A DNA stretch of 64,000 nt from an uncultured Acetatifactor sp. (GTDB taxonomy: Bacteria > Bacillota > Clostridia > Lachnospirales > Lachnospiraceae), in assembly GCA_964523315.1 (NCBI GenBank), contig CAZFYD010000002.1, positions 236 to 64,235 of the forward strand, written 5' to 3'. Of the stretch, positions 40,495-49,311 are shown one piece after another. The notes beneath the pieces were generated by a model, which was not told where the DNA came from, did no database searches, and saw only the letters and a program-made list of their open reading frames with translations. Position 1 is the stretch's first letter. Each line of letters starts with the position of its first letter. The position numbers were made by a program, and so were the translations under genes.

Positions 40495-40582
40495 TGTGTT
40501 CCCAACCTTTCACCGTTCTGCTATTTCATTGTATGAAATGCTTATCCTGCTTAGAACACACTGACATAGGTTCAAGCTTTGG

Positions 40583-40957
40583 TTACTGTTCCACAATCTT
40601 CTGAAAAAAGCAGCTGCGGGAGCCGGTATGGCAGGCCGCTCCCACCTGGTCGATCTTTGCCAGCAGGGTATCCCTGTCACAGTCCGCTGTCAGGGACTTC
40701 ACATACTGATAATGTCCGCTGGTCTCTCCCTTCAGCCACTGCTCCCTGCGGCTGCGGCTGTAATAGTGCATCAGACCGGTTCGCAGGGTATCCGTATAGG
40801 CCTGCTCATTCATATAGGCCATCATCAGCACTTCGCCGTTTTCCGCATCCTGAATAATTACCGGCACCAGCCCCTGGGGATCCTTCTTCAAATCCTCCCA
40901 GGCAAGAGCCGCTGTCCAGGTGGGCAGCCCCTTGGGATTATCATATTTCATATTCAT
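40583..40957 (-). CDS. hisI: Phosphoribosyl-AMP cyclohydrolase (monofunctional)
   Basis: [38 protein letters not shown]; stops right after the HisI domain. Confidence 0.95.
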   Translation of the reverse strand: MNMKYDNPKGLPTWTAALAWEDLKKDPQGLVPVIIQDAENGEVLMMAYMNEQAYTDTLRTGLMHYYSRSRREQWLKGETSGHYQYVKSLTADCDRDTLLAKIDQVGAACHTGSRSCFFQKIVEQ

Positions 40958-41059
40958 ACCTATTACCCAGACCTAATGCAAACAGGGGTTACCAGTTCCT
41001 TTGCAGTATGTTTGCAATCGTTCCTTTCTTCCATTTTCTCTTGTTGCTGCACCCGGCAT

Positions 41060-41647
41060 CTACAGACTTCCCTTGGTGCTCAGTACATCCGTGCTCCGGG
41101 GATCCAGGCTGGTGGCCTCGTCCAGTGCCTTGGCAAAGGCCTTGAACATGGCTTCGATCATATGGTGGTTGTTGCCGGTCTGCAGCATCCGCAGATGCAG
41201 ATTCATTCCTGCGCTGTAGGATACCGCATAGAAAAATTCCTTTACCAGCTCCGTATCCAGCTCTCCCACCCGTTCCGCCGTAAAATCACAGTCAAACTGC
41301 AGATAGGGTCTGCCGCACAGATCCACAGCGCACAGCGCCAGGGATTCATCCATGGGCAGAATGAAGAAGCCGTACCGGCGGATGCCCTTCTTATCCCCCG
41401 CCGCCTCTCTGATGGCCTGACCCAGCACGATACCGGTATCCTCCACGGTATGATGTCCGTCCACCTGCAGATCGCCCGTCACCTGACATTTCAGGTCAAA
41501 AAAACCGTGTCTGGCAAAGCCCTCCAGCATATGATCCAGAAAGCCGATGCCGGTATTCACTTCCGCCTTGCCGCCGCCGTCCAGATTGAGCGTTATGGCA
41601 ATCTCCGTTTCTCTGGTCTTACGATTCACTGTACTGATGCGTGCCAT
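41060..41647 (-). CDS. hisB: Imidazoleglycerol-phosphate dehydratase
   Basis: RKTRET, DGHHTVED, NHHMIE, STKG. Confidence 0.98.
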   Translation of the reverse strand: MARISTVNRKTRETEIAITLNLDGGGKAEVNTGIGFLDHMLEGFARHGFFDLKCQVTGDLQVDGHHTVEDTGIVLGQAIREAAGDKKGIRRYGFFILPMDESLALCAVDLCGRPYLQFDCDFTAERVGELDTELVKEFFYAVSYSAGMNLHLRMLQTGNNHHMIEAMFKAFAKALDEATSLDPRSTDVLSTKGSL

Positions 41648-41662
41648 AGTAATCCTCCTTCG

Positions 41663-42955
41663 TTATTCTTCAAAACGAACCTTAATGCTGTTGGCATGGG
41701 CGGTCAGTCCCTCGCTCTCTGCAAAACACTCAATGTCCTTATGTACAGCCTGCAGCGCTTCCCGGGAATAGGAAATGATGCTGGTCTTCTTCAGAAAATC
41801 ATCCACATTTACCGGGGAGAAAAATTTCGCCGTGCCGTTGGTGGGCAGAATGTGATTGGGGCCTGCAAAATAGTCTCCCAGAGGCTCGGAGCTGTACTCT
41901 CCCAGGAAAATCGCTCCCGCATTTCTGATCCGTGTCATGGTATCAAAGGGATTTTTGGTCAGAATCTCCAGGTGCTCCGACGCAATCTCATTGACCGCTT
42001 CAATGGCGGCCTCCATATCCTCAGCCAGCAGGATGTAGCCATAGTTCTCCAGAGACTTGCCGATAATCTCCTTACGGGACAGCTGTGCCGTAAAAACGTC
42101 CACCTCTGCAGACACCTGCTCTGCCAGCTCCCTGGAGGTGGTGATCAGGATGGCGCTGGCCAGCTCGTCATGCTCCGCCTGGCTGAGCAGATCCGCCGCT
42201 ACATACCGGGGATTGGCCGTCTCATCCGCCAAAACCAGGATCTCGCTGGGACCGGCGATGGAGTCAATGCTCACATAGCCGTATACTGCCTTTTTGGCCA
42301 GAGCCACAAAGATATTGCCGGGGCCGGTGATCTTATCCACCTTGGGGATGGACTGTGTCCCGTAGGCCATGGCCGCAATGGCTTGGGCACCGCCTGCCTT
42401 ATAGATGGTGCTGACGCCTGCAATATCCGCCGCCACCAGGGTGCCGGGATTTATCCTTCCGTCCGCACCGGGAGGCGTGGTCATAATGATATCCGTCACT
42501 CCTGCAACTTTGGCAGGCACCACATTCATCAGCACGCTGGAGGGATAGGCCGCCTTGCCGCCGGGAACATAAACGCCCACACGGCCGATGGGGGTGATCT
42601 TCATCCCCAGTATGGTACCGTCCTCCCTGGCGTCAAACCAGCTGCTGCGCAGCTGCTTCTCGTGAAAGGCACGAATATTGGCTGCGGATTTTCTGATGAC
42701 CTCCACCAGCTGAGGATCCATCTGGGCGTAGGCCTCGTCGATCTCCTCCCGGGTCACCCGGATATTCTCCGCAGACAGCGGGAATTTATCAAATTTCAGG
42801 GTATAGGCAAACAGCGCCTTGTCGCCCTCTGCCTTCACCTGGGCCAAAATCTCATTTACGGTCTCCTCATAGCCGGAGTAATTGTTGGGGCTTCTCTTCA
42901 ATAAATCGTTTAAAACATTTTTACGGGTACTTTCCGTCAATGCTACAATTCTCAT
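41663..42955 (-). CDS. hisD: Histidinol dehydrogenase
   Basis: YVPGGKAAYPSS, GPGN, AGPSE, QAEHD, EHLE, EGLTAHA; start placed at ATG after GAGG. Confidence 0.98.
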   Translation of the reverse strand: MRIVALTESTRKNVLNDLLKRSPNNYSGYEETVNEILAQVKAEGDKALFAYTLKFDKFPLSAENIRVTREEIDEAYAQMDPQLVEVIRKSAANIRAFHEKQLRSSWFDAREDGTILGMKITPIGRVGVYVPGGKAAYPSSVLMNVVPAKVAGVTDIIMTTPPGADGRINPGTLVAADIAGVSTIYKAGGAQAIAAMAYGTQSIPKVDKITGPGNIFVALAKKAVYGYVSIDSIAGPSEILVLADETANPRYVAADLLSQAEHDELASAILITTSRELAEQVSAEVDVFTAQLSRKEIIGKSLENYGYILLAEDMEAAIEAVNEIASEHLEILTKNPFDTMTRIRNAGAIFLGEYSSEPLGDYFAGPNHILPTNGTAKFFSPVNVDDFLKKTSIISYSREALQAVHKDIECFAESEGLTAHANSIKVRFEE

Positions 42956-43049
42956 TTTTACCTCTTTTCCGCATATCCGGCGTTTGGACAGCCAAACTTC
43001 CGGAACGTCTGCCATATTGTATGAATCCTTTCCTACACTTTAAAGCGTC

Positions 43050-43709
43050 CTACGTTTCCTGCTGCGCCAGCTGTTCCCGCAGTCGGTGAATCAACTGCTT
43101 GATCCGTTCCGTTTCCATCTGCATGCTCACGGGATTGACGATCATCCGGGCGGACAGGGGACAGATCTCCTCCAGCACCTCCAGACCGTTTTCCCGCAGG
43201 GTGCCCCCGGTCTCCACAATATCCACAATCACATCCGACAGCTCCACCAGCGGCCCTAGTTCCACGGAGCCATTGAGCTTGATGATATCCACGGTCTGCT
43301 GTTTTTTGTTATAAAAATATTCCCTGGCGATATTGGGATATTTGCTGGCTACCCGGATCCGCTCATGATGCTGCAGCAGTTCCTGCGCACAGTGGGGACC
43401 ACAAACGCACATCCGGCATTTTCCAAAGCCCAAATCCAGCACCTCATAGACATTCCGGTTCTCCTCCATGATGGTATCTCTGCCCACCACGCCGATATCT
43501 GCGGCGCCGTACTCCACATAGGTGGGCACATCCGGCCCCTTGGCCAGGAAAAACCGGAGCTTGAGCTCCTCATTGACAAAGATCAGCTTTCGGGAGCTTT
43601 TATCCTTCATCTCCTCGCAGGTAATGCCGATCTGTTCAAACAATTCCAGGGTTTTGCTGGCCAGACGGCCCTTCCCCAGTGCAAATGTCAAATATCTCTC
43701 GTCACTCAT
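43050..43709 (-). CDS. hisG: ATP phosphoribosyltransferase, short catalytic subunit
   Basis: [34 protein letters not shown]. Confidence 0.97.
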   Translation of the reverse strand: MSDERYLTFALGKGRLASKTLELFEQIGITCEEMKDKSSRKLIFVNEELKLRFFLAKGPDVPTYVEYGAADIGVVGRDTIMEENRNVYEVLDLGFGKCRMCVCGPHCAQELLQHHERIRVASKYPNIAREYFYNKKQQTVDIIKLNGSVELGPLVELSDVIVDIVETGGTLRENGLEVLEEICPLSARMIVNPVSMQMETERIKQLIHRLREQLAQQET

Positions 43710-43806
43710 ATTCCGCTCCCTGTCTTAAGCATTTCTTCTCTGCCAACGAATAGATTCTCTATGCAATAATGCATTGGCTCCGTATCCGGCGCATTCCTGC
43801 GCCTTG

Positions 43807-44919
43807 TCATGTTTCCCGAACCAGCAGGGTAGGAATCCCCTGCCTGCGGCTCTCCCTGGCCTCCTGCAGCTTCTCGGCGTAATTCTGATCCGTGTAGGTC
43901 AGTATTTTCCGCTCCGTACCTCCGGGCAGCTCCGCCTTCTGATACTGCACTGCTTCCAGCACATCATCAATGACCATGGCAAATCCGATGGCCGGCGCAT
44001 CCTTGCCGAACTGCTGCAGCAGCTTATCGTAGCGGCCCCCCTTGACAATGGGCGCTCCCACTCCATAGGTAAAGGCCTTGAAAATGATCCCGGTGTAATA
44101 ATGGTATTTGCTGAGCATGCCCAGATCAAAGGACACATACTCCTCCACCCCATAGAGCTTCAGCACCTCATAGATGGCCTCCAGACGGTCGATGGCCGCC
44201 AGGGATCGGCTGTTATGGACGGATTGTCTGGCCTCCTTCAGGGAATCAATGGAGCCGAACAGATCCGCCGCCTTCAGCAGGGTGCTGCAGTAAGGCTCCG
44301 GCACCTCCTTCTGGGACAGCAACTCCTCTGCGGCAAAATAATTCTTGCCGGAGATATACTCTCGCAGCTGCTCCTCCGTCTCCCCGTCCAGCCCGGCCTC
44401 CTGACAGATTCCCTTGAAGTATTCCACCTGACCCACGCTGACCTGAAACTGCTTCAGCCCGGTGCTCTTCAGCGCCTCAATGACCAGACTGATCATCTCC
44501 GCATCCGCTTCCACGCTCTCCTCATTGATCAGCTCCGCACCGATCTGGGTCACCTCCTTTAATTTCCCCTGGAGATTGGAGGTATTGGTAAAGGTATTGC
44601 CCAGATAGCAGAACCGGATGGGCTCCTGAGCCTCCATAAAATACTTGGCCGCGCAGCGGGCTATGGAGGGGGTAAAATCCGGCCGCAGCGCCAGCGTATT
44701 TCCCTCCTTGTCAAAGAACTTATACAGTTCCCTGGAGGGCGTAGTGCCGATTTCTCTGGAAAATACGTCAAAATATTCGAAGGTGGGTGTCTGGATATCC
44801 TCATATCCATAGCTGATAACGGTATCGTGAAGCTTCTGCTCCACATACAGCTTTCCTGCATATTCTCTGCCATAAATATCTCTTACGCCCTCGGGCGTAT
44901 GCAACAGCTTCTTGCTCAT
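43807..44919 (-). CDS. hisZ: ATP phosphoribosyltransferase regulatory subunit
   Basis: TPEGVRD, LRPDFTPSIAR, YYTGIIF, GGRYD. Confidence 0.96.
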   Translation of the reverse strand: MSKKLLHTPEGVRDIYGREYAGKLYVEQKLHDTVISYGYEDIQTPTFEYFDVFSREIGTTPSRELYKFFDKEGNTLALRPDFTPSIARCAAKYFMEAQEPIRFCYLGNTFTNTSNLQGKLKEVTQIGAELINEESVEADAEMISLVIEALKSTGLKQFQVSVGQVEYFKGICQEAGLDGETEEQLREYISGKNYFAAEELLSQKEVPEPYCSTLLKAADLFGSIDSLKEARQSVHNSRSLAAIDRLEAIYEVLKLYGVEEYVSFDLGMLSKYHYYTGIIFKAFTYGVGAPIVKGGRYDKLLQQFGKDAPAIGFAMVIDDVLEAVQYQKAELPGGTERKILTYTDQNYAEKLQEARESRRQGIPTLLVRET

Positions 44920-44953
44920 ATCCATAAACCTTTCTGTCAAGCTCATTATATGA

Positions 44954-45038
44954 ACTTCATCACTGTAAAGTGCTAATTGGGTAGCATGTGAAAGAATCAA
45001 ACTTCTTGTAGTATAACGAAAACCGGTCTGTCTGTCAA
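44954..45038 (-). promoter_or_regulatory. his operon promoter with tandem HisR-like operators
   Basis: Minus strand TTGACA-17-TATACT (45038-45010); palindromes ACTTCA-N6-TAAAGT (44954-44971) and TGCTA-N6-TAGCA (44971-44986). Confidence 0.7.
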
Positions 45039-45041
45039 CCC

Positions 45042-45578
45042 CTAACTTTCCCGCCGCTCCAGATCCAACTGCAGCATATCCAGATAGGGCACCAGGATCC
45101 CATGTTTTTTCGGCAAAACAAACCTAGGATCCAGCTCTTCATGGCGGAAGCTTTTGCGTCCGCCATCCCTGGCCCGTTTCCAGAACTTAAGCAGATCGGC
45201 AAAAGGCAAATAATACAGCTGATCCCTGTGGGTATAATAAATCAGGAAAAAAGCCACGCCCCCCTGCCGTTCAAAGCGCTCCATAAACTGTACCTGATGC
45301 TCATGGATATTATGCAGGGAAAAGGTGTCCACGGCACATTCCTTAGCATCAAAACACACTGGAATCCCCTGGACCGCACCGATATAGTCCACTGTACTCT
45401 TCTGCTCAAAATACGCCAGAGTAATATGCCGGGTCGCCTGATCCATCTTAATAGGGGTGATGGGGGTGGGAATCTTCTGGATCAGAGCCAGTCCACCCTC
45501 CGCATACCGTTCATTGGTGCGGTTGACCATATCCTCCAGTGTGGAACCTCTGAGGCCCCGGGAATTCCATGTTGCCAT
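45042..45578 (-). CDS. recU: Holliday junction resolvase RecU
   Basis: KIPTP, STVDY.G, FDAKE, IHEHQ. Confidence 0.95.
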   Translation of the reverse strand: MATWNSRGLRGSTLEDMVNRTNERYAEGGLALIQKIPTPITPIKMDQATRHITLAYFEQKSTVDYIGAVQGIPVCFDAKECAVDTFSLHNIHEHQVQFMERFERQGGVAFFLIYYTHRDQLYYLPFADLLKFWKRARDGGRKSFRHEELDPRFVLPKKHGILVPYLDMLQLDLERRES

Positions 45579-45599
45579 TGCTTTCCTCCTGCGCGTTTG

Positions 45600-46715
45600 T
45601 TAATTTCCATTTTCCACGGCCTGCATTCCTGCCAGAATCCTCTCATAGAGCCCGGGCAGCGGGGCCTGGATCTGTCGGCCGCTCAGGGCAGCCAGAGACC
45701 CTTCCAGGGGCGGGAATTCCAGGCGCTGGGCATGAAGCAGCTGCCAGGACAATCCGAATTGCTGCCGAAACAGCTGATTCGTCCGCTGATCTCCATATTT
45801 GCCGTCCCCGATCAGGGGATGGCCTACGGATGCCAGATGGGCACGGATCTGGTGGGTCTTGCCCGTGATCAGCTCTACCTCCAGCTCCGTAAAGCACAGA
45901 GAGCGGTCAAAGCCCTGCACGCCCTTGCGCAGGCTCTCCGGCAGCAGTCTATAGCAGCCCAGCGGCAGATAAGCCGTGTCAATCCGCTCTCCTGGGCCAT
46001 GCTCACGGACCGTTACCTGATTTGTTTTTGCATCCTTCTGCAGATAGGCATGGAGCTGTACAGGACCCTGATCCCGCAGATCACCGAAGCTCTCTAAAGG
46101 CATCTTAGAGGCTGCAGGGTAAAATTCCCCCACACAGACGGTCCGGTAGAATTTGCGTACCGACCGGCTGCGGATCAGCTCACTGAGAGCCTGGCTTCCG
46201 GCCAGGGATCTGCCGCAGAGCACCAGTCCGCTGGTATTGCGGTCCAGCCGGTTGCAGACCGAGGGACGGAACAGCCGCAGCTCCTCCGGCTGCAGAATAC
46301 CATTCTCTAACAGATAGCCGATCATCCACTCATTAAGACTGAGATCCCCCTCCTTAGCCTGCTGGGTCAGCACCCCGGCAGGCTTATTCAGGATCAGTAC
46401 ATGGGGATCCTCATAGAGTACCTCGATGCCCTGAAGCCGCCTAAAGGCCCGCTGATATAATGATGTATCCACGCCGCCATTGCAGTCCGGCAGATAGCCG
46501 CCGAATTTCCGGATGGTTTCCTCAGACAGATACAATGTCACATGATCCCGCAGTCGCAGGATCTCCCGGCCCTCCGCCTTTTTGCCGTTCAGCGTGATAT
46601 TTTTTCTGCGCAGCATCTTATAAAAGAAACTGACAGGCGCCCCCGGCAGATATTTCCCCAGAAATTTGTCCAGCCGCTGCCCTGCATGATTGTCTGCAAT
46701 TTCCAATGTTACCAT
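45600..46715 (-). CDS. RluA family pseudouridine synthase
   Basis: S4 domain (GQRLDKFL), NKPAG, NRLDRNTSG, LITGKTHQIR. Confidence 0.93.
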   Translation of the reverse strand: MVTLEIADNHAGQRLDKFLGKYLPGAPVSFFYKMLRRKNITLNGKKAEGREILRLRDHVTLYLSEETIRKFGGYLPDCNGGVDTSLYQRAFRRLQGIEVLYEDPHVLILNKPAGVLTQQAKEGDLSLNEWMIGYLLENGILQPEELRLFRPSVCNRLDRNTSGLVLCGRSLAGSQALSELIRSRSVRKFYRTVCVGEFYPAASKMPLESFGDLRDQGPVQLHAYLQKDAKTNQVTVREHGPGERIDTAYLPLGCYRLLPESLRKGVQGFDRSLCFTELEVELITGKTHQIRAHLASVGHPLIGDGKYGDQRTNQLFRQQFGLSWQLLHAQRLEFPPLEGSLAALSGRQIQAPLPGLYERILAGMQAVENGN

Positions 46716-46795
46716 GGATAATCCCCCTGCCTGTAAACTCCGTGCCGGTCACCCCGGGCTGTGCCGCCGCAGGTTCGGCGGTCTTCCTTTTCTTC

Positions 46796-47392
46796 TTACA
46801 GCACCACCGATTTCAGCGTATGGGCAATGCCCGCCGTATTGCCCTCCCCTGTTTCCAGCCCCTGCAGCTGTTTCAGCCGCTCCTTATATTTGTCCAGATC
46901 CGTAAAGATCTTCACCGACACGTTTTTGTGATTGTCCGCCTTTAATATAGGCCCTAAATGGGCCTGAAAGTCCTTTTCCGGGAAATCCTTCTTCTCACTG
47001 TAGCCGCAGACGGTATTGCCCTTCACCGCCATATGTCCCACTACAAAAGTATAAGAATAGGAAGTAAACACCATGTCGTACAGGCAGGTCAGCTCTCCCT
47101 CGAAGGGAGCAATCCGCGCCGCCGCTTCCTGACTGAGACCTTTATACCGCAGAAACATAATCATATTTACTGCACTTTTGCTGGCCGGCAGACAGCCCAG
47201 CACAGCCACGATGGTCAGCAGATTCAGCTTATCCCCGGTGGCAAAATAGCCTGCGGCAAACAGACTCAGAGAGATTCCGAAATACAGCACCGTCCGAAGG
47301 ATCTCATACCTTCTCTGAATCCGCAGATAGTCCCGGCTTCCCTTATATGCTCCGGAAGAGAATATCCTGCCGATCTTTTTTATCCCTTGCAT
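46796..47392 (-). CDS. Conserved hypothetical membrane protein
   Basis: Two TM helices, NLLTIVAVLGCLPASKS motif; AAAGGA RBS. Confidence 0.8.
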   Translation of the reverse strand: MQGIKKIGRIFSSGAYKGSRDYLRIQRRYEILRTVLYFGISLSLFAAGYFATGDKLNLLTIVAVLGCLPASKSAVNMIMFLRYKGLSQEAAARIAPFEGELTCLYDMVFTSYSYTFVVGHMAVKGNTVCGYSEKKDFPEKDFQAHLGPILKADNHKNVSVKIFTDLDKYKERLKQLQGLETGEGNTAGIAHTLKSVVL

Positions 47393-47427
47393 ACATCGAT
47401 TCCTTTCGTCCTTTTATCCTTATCTAC

Positions 47428-47494
47428 ATGCATATCGCCGGTTTTACCTGCGATACTGCACAAATCCGTATATGAAACGTCAGTTTCATACTTT
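47428..47494. repeat. 67-bp two-hairpin dispersed repeat, copy 1
   Basis: 11 bp and 43 bp identical to 55306-55372, flanking a 13-bp variable hairpin tip. Confidence 0.92.
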
Positions 47495-48256
47495 CAGCAT
47501 CCGTATCACAGCGGTAAGCATCGTATGAGGAAGCACCTTGCATGCGCCCTCAAATGCCTGTATGGGAAGGCTGCAGACCGAACGGGCACGCCTATGGCAG
47601 GCATCCCGCAGCGCTTTTTGCACCACCTGCTTTGCAGGAACCATTGTCAGCTTCTTGACGGACAGGGTGGAGCCATGCTTCTCCGCCGTATCAAAGAAAG
47701 GGGTATCCACCGGACCCGGACATACGCTGGTCACATAGATCTCCCGCTCCTTCAGCTCTTCCCGCAAAGCCAGGGAAAAGCTGTCCACATATGCCTTACT
47801 GGCAGCATAGACCGCAAAACCCGGCTGGGCCACAAAGGCGGCGCTGGAGGCCATCTGAATGATCCGGGAGTTTCTGGTCATATAGGGCAGGCAGCACCTC
47901 GTCACTGCGGTAAGCGCTTCACAGTTCACCTGAACCATGCCCAGCTGTTCCCGGAGCGTCAGCTTCGCCACATCCCCGATGATACCGTATCCGGCGCTGT
48001 TTACCAGCATTCTGATCCGGCAGTGTTCCTCCTCCAGCATATCCCGAAGCCTGTCAACCTGTGCACCCACGGTGATATCCATGGCAAGGACCCGCACATT
48101 GTTGCGCAGCTGTGACGCTAAGGTTTTCAGTTTCTGTCTGTTTCTGGCGATCAGCCAGATCTCATTCGTCTTGCGCAGATGGGCATCGATCTGCAAGGCA
48201 AATTCCATGCCTATGCCGGAGGATGCTCCTGTAATAATCACAATACTCTTTGTCAT
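47486..48256 (-). CDS. SDR family NAD(P)-dependent oxidoreductase
   Basis: TGASSGIG, NSAG, YAASK, CPGPVDT. Confidence 0.95.
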   Translation of the reverse strand: MTKSIVIITGASSGIGMEFALQIDAHLRKTNEIWLIARNRQKLKTLASQLRNNVRVLAMDITVGAQVDRLRDMLEEEHCRIRMLVNSAGYGIIGDVAKLTLREQLGMVQVNCEALTAVTRCCLPYMTRNSRIIQMASSAAFVAQPGFAVYAASKAYVDSFSLALREELKEREIYVTSVCPGPVDTPFFDTAEKHGSTLSVKKLTMVPAKQVVQKALRDACHRRARSVCSLPIQAFEGACKVLPHTMLTAVIRMLKV

Positions 48257-48339
48257 AGTCTGCTTTTCCTTTCCTGCTGAGAATTATCTGTCTTTTTCTT
48301 ATGGATATTTCCTCATGACTTTCTGTTTATCCGAATATA

Positions 48340-49311
48340 TTGAGACAAAGCCTCTTTTTCTGCGGTGCCTCCATGCTGTATACTCTGTGTTTTTTGCTGC
48401 TTTTTATACTGATTCTGGTTCAATCCCAGGAGGCGGCGGCTTTTGCCGCCCAGGGCTTTCTGCTCTGGTACTCCAAAATGATCCCCTCCCTGCTTCCCTT
48501 TATGATCCTGTCCGGGCTCATGATCCGTATGGGACTGTCTGAAAGGCTGGGAAACTGGTTTAAGCCGGTTCTCGGGCCATTGCTGCGCTGCAGATCCGAG
48601 GTAAGCTACGGGGTTCTCATGGGCTTTCTCTGCGGATTTCCCATGGGCGCCCGGGTGGCGGCACAGCTGTATCAGTCCGGAAGGATCAGCCGCAAGGAGG
48701 CCCGCTTCCTGCTGGCCTTCTGCAACAATATCGGTCCGGTGTATTTCTGCAGCTTTGTACTGCCCCTCTTAGGGCGCAGGCTGATCCTGCCATATATCCT
48801 GGGCATGTACGGAACGGCTCTGCTCTACGGCATTCTCCTGCGCCGGACGCTGTTTCGAAGCCTGCCGGAACCTGTTTCTGATAAGAGGACCTTACAAATG
48901 CCGACCTCTGTTCCCGTCCCGAAGTCCTCCGGTTCCAGTGGCCTGCTGGCCCATCTTGACGCTGCGGTACAGGCCGGGCTGCAGAGCATTATCAGCCTCT
49001 GCGGCTATATGATCCTCTTTAATCTGCTGAATCTGATTCCCCATCTTTTTCTGCCCCGGATCAGCTGCTGGATCTCTCCGCTGCTGGAGATCACGAGCGG
49101 ATTAAGCCAGCTGGGACAGCGCTGTCCCCTGTACGCCCTGATGATCCTGCCTTTCGGAGGACTCTCCTGCATCGCCCAGACCTACAGCATGATCCGTGAC
49201 ACCGATCTGCCTCTGGAGGAATATGTGATCCATAAGCTCATTCTTACCGCCGTTACCGGCTTGTACTATCTGGCCTGGCGCTGTCTTTTTCCTCATCTTT
49301 TCCTGTTATGA
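48340..49311 (+). CDS. YlbJ-like sporulation integral membrane protein
   Basis: IPSLLPFMILS, GFLCGFPMGA, FCNN.GP, LEITSG, FGGLSCIAQ; start uncertain. Confidence 0.8.
   Translation: MRQSLFFCGASMLYTLCFLLLFILILVQSQEAAAFAAQGFLLWYSKMIPSLLPFMILSGLMIRMGLSERLGNWFKPVLGPLLRCRSEVSYGVLMGFLCGFPMGARVAAQLYQSGRISRKEARFLLAFCNNIGPVYFCSFVLPLLGRRLILPYILGMYGTALLYGILLRRTLFRSLPEPVSDKRTLQMPTSVPVPKSSGSSGLLAHLDAAVQAGLQSIISLCGYMILFNLLNLIPHLFLPRISCWISPLLEITSGLSQLGQRCPLYALMILPFGGLSCIAQTYSMIRDTDLPLEEYVIHKLILTAVTGLYYLAWRCLFPHLFLL

Noticed and set aside
40963-41034. 23-codon minus-strand ORF between hisB and hisI as a leader peptide or gene relic
   Set aside because: Weak RBS, only one His codon, and too short to support homology by eye.
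40628-42904. 758-aa + strand ORF
   Set aside because: Antisense shadow of hisI-hisB-hisD with no recognisable motifs; expected from codon bias in GC-rich genes.
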